A stretch of DNA of 62,136 bases, filler included. It is 14 parts of 14 records of this genome, joined end to end, with 100 filler letters (N's around TTAATTAATTAA, not from the genome) between each part and the next. Parts side by side here need not be neighbours in the genome. Positions count along the whole stretch, not along the records: positions 57,874 to 62,136 come from SRR7504441_10823; 13 more parts are not named here. The stretch is one strand, 5' to 3'. The notes beneath the pieces were generated by a model. That model made no database searches. It saw only the letters and a list, made by a program, of their open reading frames with translations, and had not been told where the DNA came from. The position numbers were made by a program, and so were the translations under genes. Each line of letters starts with the position of its first letter. The first letter of the stretch is position 1. Shown piece after piece: positions 57,940-62,136 of this stretch.

Positions 57940-58881
57940 TCAAGTCGGGCCAGCGGCTGAGCTTAAGTCGGCATCGGTTGACGGCTCGGTTCCGCCGCTT
58001 TGCTTGGGCACCCAGCCCCGCTGGATGAACAGCTCCCGCTGCCTGTGCGCGTCGGTCCGGCCCTGCTGGATCATCTCGAGCGTCCTCTCCATCCCGCTTG
58101 GCCAGACCAGCTCCAGGTACCTCAGCCTAGACCCCGGAGCCGGCCGCACATCTGAGCCCGCCCGCAGGAACGGAAACACGTCCACCCGGACCGTGTCGGC
58201 AGAGCCGCGCGACTGTTGCTCTGAGAACATCCCGTCCGCCATCACCTGAGGCTGCTGGTCTGAGAAGATACCGAGACTGTCCGACCAGAGCAGCCGCCGG
58301 AAGAACACGGCAGGCACGTTCATCGTGGCCAGTAAGGTGCTCACCAGATGCTCGTTGGAGCCAAACGCCGAGACATGCTGGTTGGCCAGCCGGGGCAGCC
58401 ACCCGGACAGATCCATCGCGGTGACAGAGATGGCTAGTCTATCGCTCACCAGCCGGTGGGCGTCGGGCGGCAAAAAGTTGAGCCAAAGCTTTGAAATAAA
58501 CCTCGGCGAGTCCAGCAGGAACCCAAGCCGGCGGGAGCGCCAGTGCGCCAGGCAGCGCGGGTAGTCCGCCCGGCACCAGTCCAGCGGGTCGGTCCCGGTG
58601 AGCATGGCCACTACCGGGAAGGCGGCTCCGGAGGTGCAGTACACCTTGCACTTGTCTGTTTCGAACTCCTCGCACACGTACTGCACCACCCCGGCCATGT
58701 AAGGCCACCAGAATCCGCAGCCGCCCAGCGCGATCGACGGTCCGGCGTGCGGCGGCTCGGGCCGGGCGCGGGGCCGGTGGAGCCGGATCGAGCTGGCCAA
58801 GTGGCCGAGCACCAGCAGCCCGAGGCAGCACAGCGCCTGGAGCGAGTGAGCCAGCGTCTCGAGCACCGCCCCGAGCAGCAT
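57940..58881 (-). CDS. Patatin-like phospholipase (PNPLA-like) with an N-terminal hydrophobic segment
   Basis: SIALGGCGFWWPYMAGV, nucleophile elbow CTSGAA, LPPDAHRLVSDRLAISVT and ADG motif. Confidence 0.75.
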   Translation of the reverse strand: MLLGAVLETLAHSLQALCCLGLLVLGHLASSIRLHRPRARPEPPHAGPSIALGGCGFWWPYMAGVVQYVCEEFETDKCKVYCTSGAAFPVVAMLTGTDPLDWCRADYPRCLAHWRSRRLGFLLDSPRFISKLWLNFLPPDAHRLVSDRLAISVTAMDLSGWLPRLANQHVSAFGSNEHLVSTLLATMNVPAVFFRRLLWSDSLGIFSDQQPQVMADGMFSEQQSRGSADTVRVDVFPFLRAGSDVRPAPGSRLRYLELVWPSGMERTLEMIQQGRTDAHRQRELFIQRGWVPKQSGGTEPSTDADLSSAAGPT

Positions 58882-59016
58882 CGGCCGCCGTCCACAGGCT
58901 GCAGGCCTGCCACTGGAGCCCCGCCAAATGGGTCAAGGTCGTGCCGCCCCGTGCGCCGGTCGTGCTGAGCCGAGCGGGTAGCACGAGTGCGATGTGCCCT
59001 CACGAAAAAATCAGCA

Positions 59017-61768
59017 ATGCAGACCGTGGCCGAGCAGCCGCCGGCGAGGCTGCCCAACTCGGCGGGCGGATACGAGATGGTCGGGCAGATCGGGGTCGGG
59101 GCCACCTCGCAGGTGGGCGGGGCGGGCGGGGCGGGCGGGGGGCGCGGGAGCTGGGGGCAGGTGTGGGCGGCCAAGTGCAGCGAGACGGGCGAGGAGGTGG
59201 CGGTGAAGGTGATCGACCTGGAGCATGTGAATACCAACCTGGAGGAGATCCGGAACGAGATCCGGGTCATGTCGATGAGCAACCACCCGAACGTGGTCCG
59301 TTACCACTGCTCGTTCGTGCACAACAGCCGGTACCTGTGGGTGGTGATGCCGCTGATGCACGGCGGCTCGGTGATGAACGTCATGCAAGCAGCTGAGACC
59401 CCGCTGGACGAGGAGATCATCGCGTACGTACTGCTGCAGGTGCGCCGCGCGGTCGACTGCTTTATAGTATGATAGTGCAGTGCTGTAGTAGTGGCACAGG
59501 CAGGTGGATGACTGGCGGCTGCAGGTGCTGCACGGTATCGAATACTTCCACCAGTCAGGCCACATACACCGGGACATCAAGGCCAGCAACGTGCTGATCG
59601 ACCAGATGGGCCACGTCTTCCTCGGCGACTTCGGCGTTTCGGCCGCGCTCGCCGACGCGTACAACGCAGAGAGTCGCGAGCTGCGCCAGACGTTTGTGGG
59701 CACGCCCTGCTGGATGGCCCCGGAGGTGCGCACGGCGCTGTCGCAGCCGGGCAGCCCTGTCGGCAGGTGATGGAGCAGATGAGTGGGTACGACCAGAAGG
59801 CCGACATTTGGTCGTTTGGGGTCACTGCGATTGAGATGGCACAGGCAGCTCGCCGGACCGTGCCCTCGTGAGCGCCGGGTGCAGGGTAAGGCGCCGTACG
59901 CCGGGTTCGATCCGCTCAAAGTGCTGCTGCTCACGCTCAAGAATCCGTCGCCTACGCTCGCGGGCAAGTTCTCGCCCGAGCTGAACCAGGTGGTCAACTC
60001 GTGCCTCCAGAAGGATCCGGCGCTCCGGCCATCCGCCCAGCAACTGCTGGAGATGCCGTTCTTTGTGAGCGCGGCCGCCAAGCACGAGGTGGGCAAGCTT
60101 GTCAGAATCATACAGAACCTGCCTCCGCTGATTGAGCGGTTCCGGATCATCGAGTCGAGGAACAAGCAGCCGTCCAGCGGAGTGTGGAGCCTCAACAAAA
60201 CCGAGCTTGCCTCCGCACTCGAGCCGCAGGCCCCGGAGGACCCGGCGTCCAAGATCTCGTGGGACTTTGACTCGGTCGACAGCCCATCGCGCCGGGATGG
60301 CGAGGAGGACGAGCCAGAGTCGGATGGACTGGTCCAACTCCTCGAAGAGCTGCCTGCAGAGATCTTGCTCCCAGAGGTGCCCGGGACGATTGTACGGTCG
60401 GAGGGCAGTTTGGAGGGCACCGACCAGACGATCAGCCTGAACGCGCTCGAGCAGACTGGGGCGCTCAAGTCGACCTCGGAGAGTCAAATGCTCACCTGGG
60501 TCCAGTTTGCCGCAGTGGGCACCGCCGAGGAGAGGATTCAGCATGTCACCAGGTGCCCAGCCGAGCGGGCAAGCTGAGCCCCGGGCAGGCTGCGGCAAAT
60601 CGCCACAGTCCAGCAGCCGAACGTGCCAGCGGTCCGGTTGTGTGGGATCAGCCCAGTCTCTGGGGCTGTGGTGCTCATATGTGAGCGAGTCCCATCGACC
60701 ACGGTCTGTCCCACGCTACGGCTGGAACCGAAGCCGGCTGCAGGTGCACTCTCACCTGCTGTCCGAGGCTCCAGCCGGTCTCGAGCTCCCGGTCGCCCAG
60801 GGGTGGTGCGCCCAGGTGCAGGCCGCGGGATTCGGGGGCTGAGCGTCTGCAGGTGCTGGCGGCGCTCGTGGCGCTGCATGCGTGCTCGCCGCCGATAGTC
60901 CACCAGGATCTCTCGTGCCAGAAGATCCACCTGTACAACAACGGTACGATCGACGCGCGTGCCAGCTCACGCCCAGCAGCAGGCAGCTCTCAGCGGACAG
61001 CCAAGCTAGGTGGGATGCTCCTCTCAAGCCCACAAGACGAGACAGTAGCAAATGGAGCGTTCGTGGCGCCCGAAATGTACGACGACGAGCACGCAGCCAC
61101 CCCCAAAGTGCGCCCGGCCCGTCTGGGCTCGATTGGGCTGGGCAGGTGGATGTTTATGCGCTGGGGCTGTGCGCGCTCCAGATGCTCACTGGGCGTGAGC
61201 CTTTCGCCGAGTGTGAGAAGGCGCACCATCTGTACCGCAAGGCGCGGCCCAGCTCACTACCGGCGGCTGAGCGCGCGGGCTAGGTGAGCACGGGGCTGCC
61301 GCCGGACTCGCTAGAGATGGTGGCCGACCCAGCTGCTCGCGACTTCATCCAGAGCTGTCTCGCGACTCTAGATCAGCGGCCAGCGGCGGCAGACCTAGTC
61401 AGTCACCCATTCCTGCAGGTGAGGCTGCTGCAGGCTAGCTGCAGGCTGGTCTGATTGCGGGCGCAGGTCCGGAGGGTTTATGTGGCGGCTGCTGCTGTCA
61501 AGTCGCACGCAGGTGACGGCTGAACGCTGGCCGGTGCTGAGCGGCTGGGTCAGGCAACCGGGTGAATCTGAGCCTAACAATCGCGGTCGGTACCAATAAG
61601 CACAAGGAGATTGCGTTTGACTTTGATATAGAAAAGGACACCTCGCTAGGGATTGCGACCGAGATGGTGGGCAGTGTGCCTGTGCTGGCCAAGGGCGGCC
61701 CGGCCATATCCATGGAGATCAAAGAGAGCATAGATAGATTGATAAGGTCTCTACATGTAGATAAATAA
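59017..61768 (+). CDS. OSR1/SPAK-like STE20 kinase fused to a WNK/NRBP-like pseudokinase and a C-terminal CCT-like domain, multi-exon
   Basis: [23 protein letters not shown] and [30 protein letters not shown]. Then [43 protein letters not shown] and [18 protein letters not shown]. Then [20 protein letters not shown]. The frame is continuous after removing ~12 short introns. Confidence 0.85.
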
Positions 61769-61872
61769 GAGCGATTGATTAATTCATAAGGAATCGGACG
61801 AGTATCGGACGAGTGCTTTTAGAGTATGTACGCGAACTACGTAGGCGAAGTAGTTGTGCCAAGCGTCTGAGT

Positions 61873-62136
61873 TTATTTCAAAGGCTGCCGTTGTGACTCT
61901 TCGGCCGGACCGGAGTTGCACGCGTCCAAAGCGTGAGGACAGCGTCGCCGGATCGAGGAGTTCACCTCAGAGAGCCCGAACCGGGGATGTTGCTCGCGCA
62001 GCTGCTGGGCGCGATCGAGCAGTTGCTCGCGCAGCTGCTGGTCGGGTTTAGAATCGCGTGCGACGCAACTCTGGTGTCGTGGCTCGAGCTGATCGGCCAG
62101 CCGACCGCTACGTCCCTCTATCGCAGCCTGCTCTGG
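61873..62136 (-). CDS. C-terminal fragment of a hypothetical protein running off the window
   Basis: 88 codons open from the window edge to TAA at 61873, with a QQLREQ duplication. Confidence 0.4.
   Translation of the reverse strand, partial: PEQAAIEGRSGRLADQLEPRHQSCVARDSKPDQQLREQLLDRAQQLREQHPRFGLSEVNSSIRRRCPHALDACNSGPAEESQRQPLK

Noticed and set aside
59113-59160. Gly-rich insertion ([16 protein letters not shown]) in the kinase P-loop
   Set aside because: It is a 48-nt in-frame GT-AG intron; removing it restores [11 protein letters not shown].
1-62136. tRNA, rRNA, transposase, viral or prokaryotic defence genes
   Set aside because: None were recognised by eye; tRNAscan-SE, Rfam and Pfam runs would be needed to exclude them formally.

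Overview
This is eukaryotic DNA from a GC-rich, gene-dense, intron-bearing protist whose taxon cannot be fixed from this window. It is not one locus: 14 segments of about 3-10 kb are joined by 13 identical artificial 100-nt spacers (N44-TTAATTAATTAA-N44), so linkage across spacers means nothing. Many genes are split by very short (about 35-50 nt) GT-AG and frequent GC-AG introns, so the ORF track fragments them; the gene models below are hand-spliced. Recognisable products are an ankyrin-TPR protein, a SAM methyltransferase, a giant USP9/24/34-like deubiquitinase, a secreted PAN/Apple-domain enzyme, an importin-beta (IPO13/TNPO3-like) protein, a multi-EF-hand/B-box protein, glutaredoxin 2, a GH5 endoglycoceramidase-like enzyme, a GFA-like protein, a DUF5054-like protein, a sugar porter, a JmjC protein, YrdC/Sua5, a kinesin, a PPPDE peptidase, a PH/coiled-coil protein and a patatin. 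Three observations stand out. (1) One gene fuses an OSR1/SPAK-type STE20 kinase, a WNK/NRBP-like pseudokinase and a CCT-like domain. (2) A DsbA/FrnE-family gene has an in-frame TGA at the catalytic Cys position and a SECIS-like hairpin in its 3' UTR, so it is probably a selenoprotein. (3) Some introns are built from a tandem 11-mer, ATTCTAACGGC. All family assignments come from motif recognition, not database searches.
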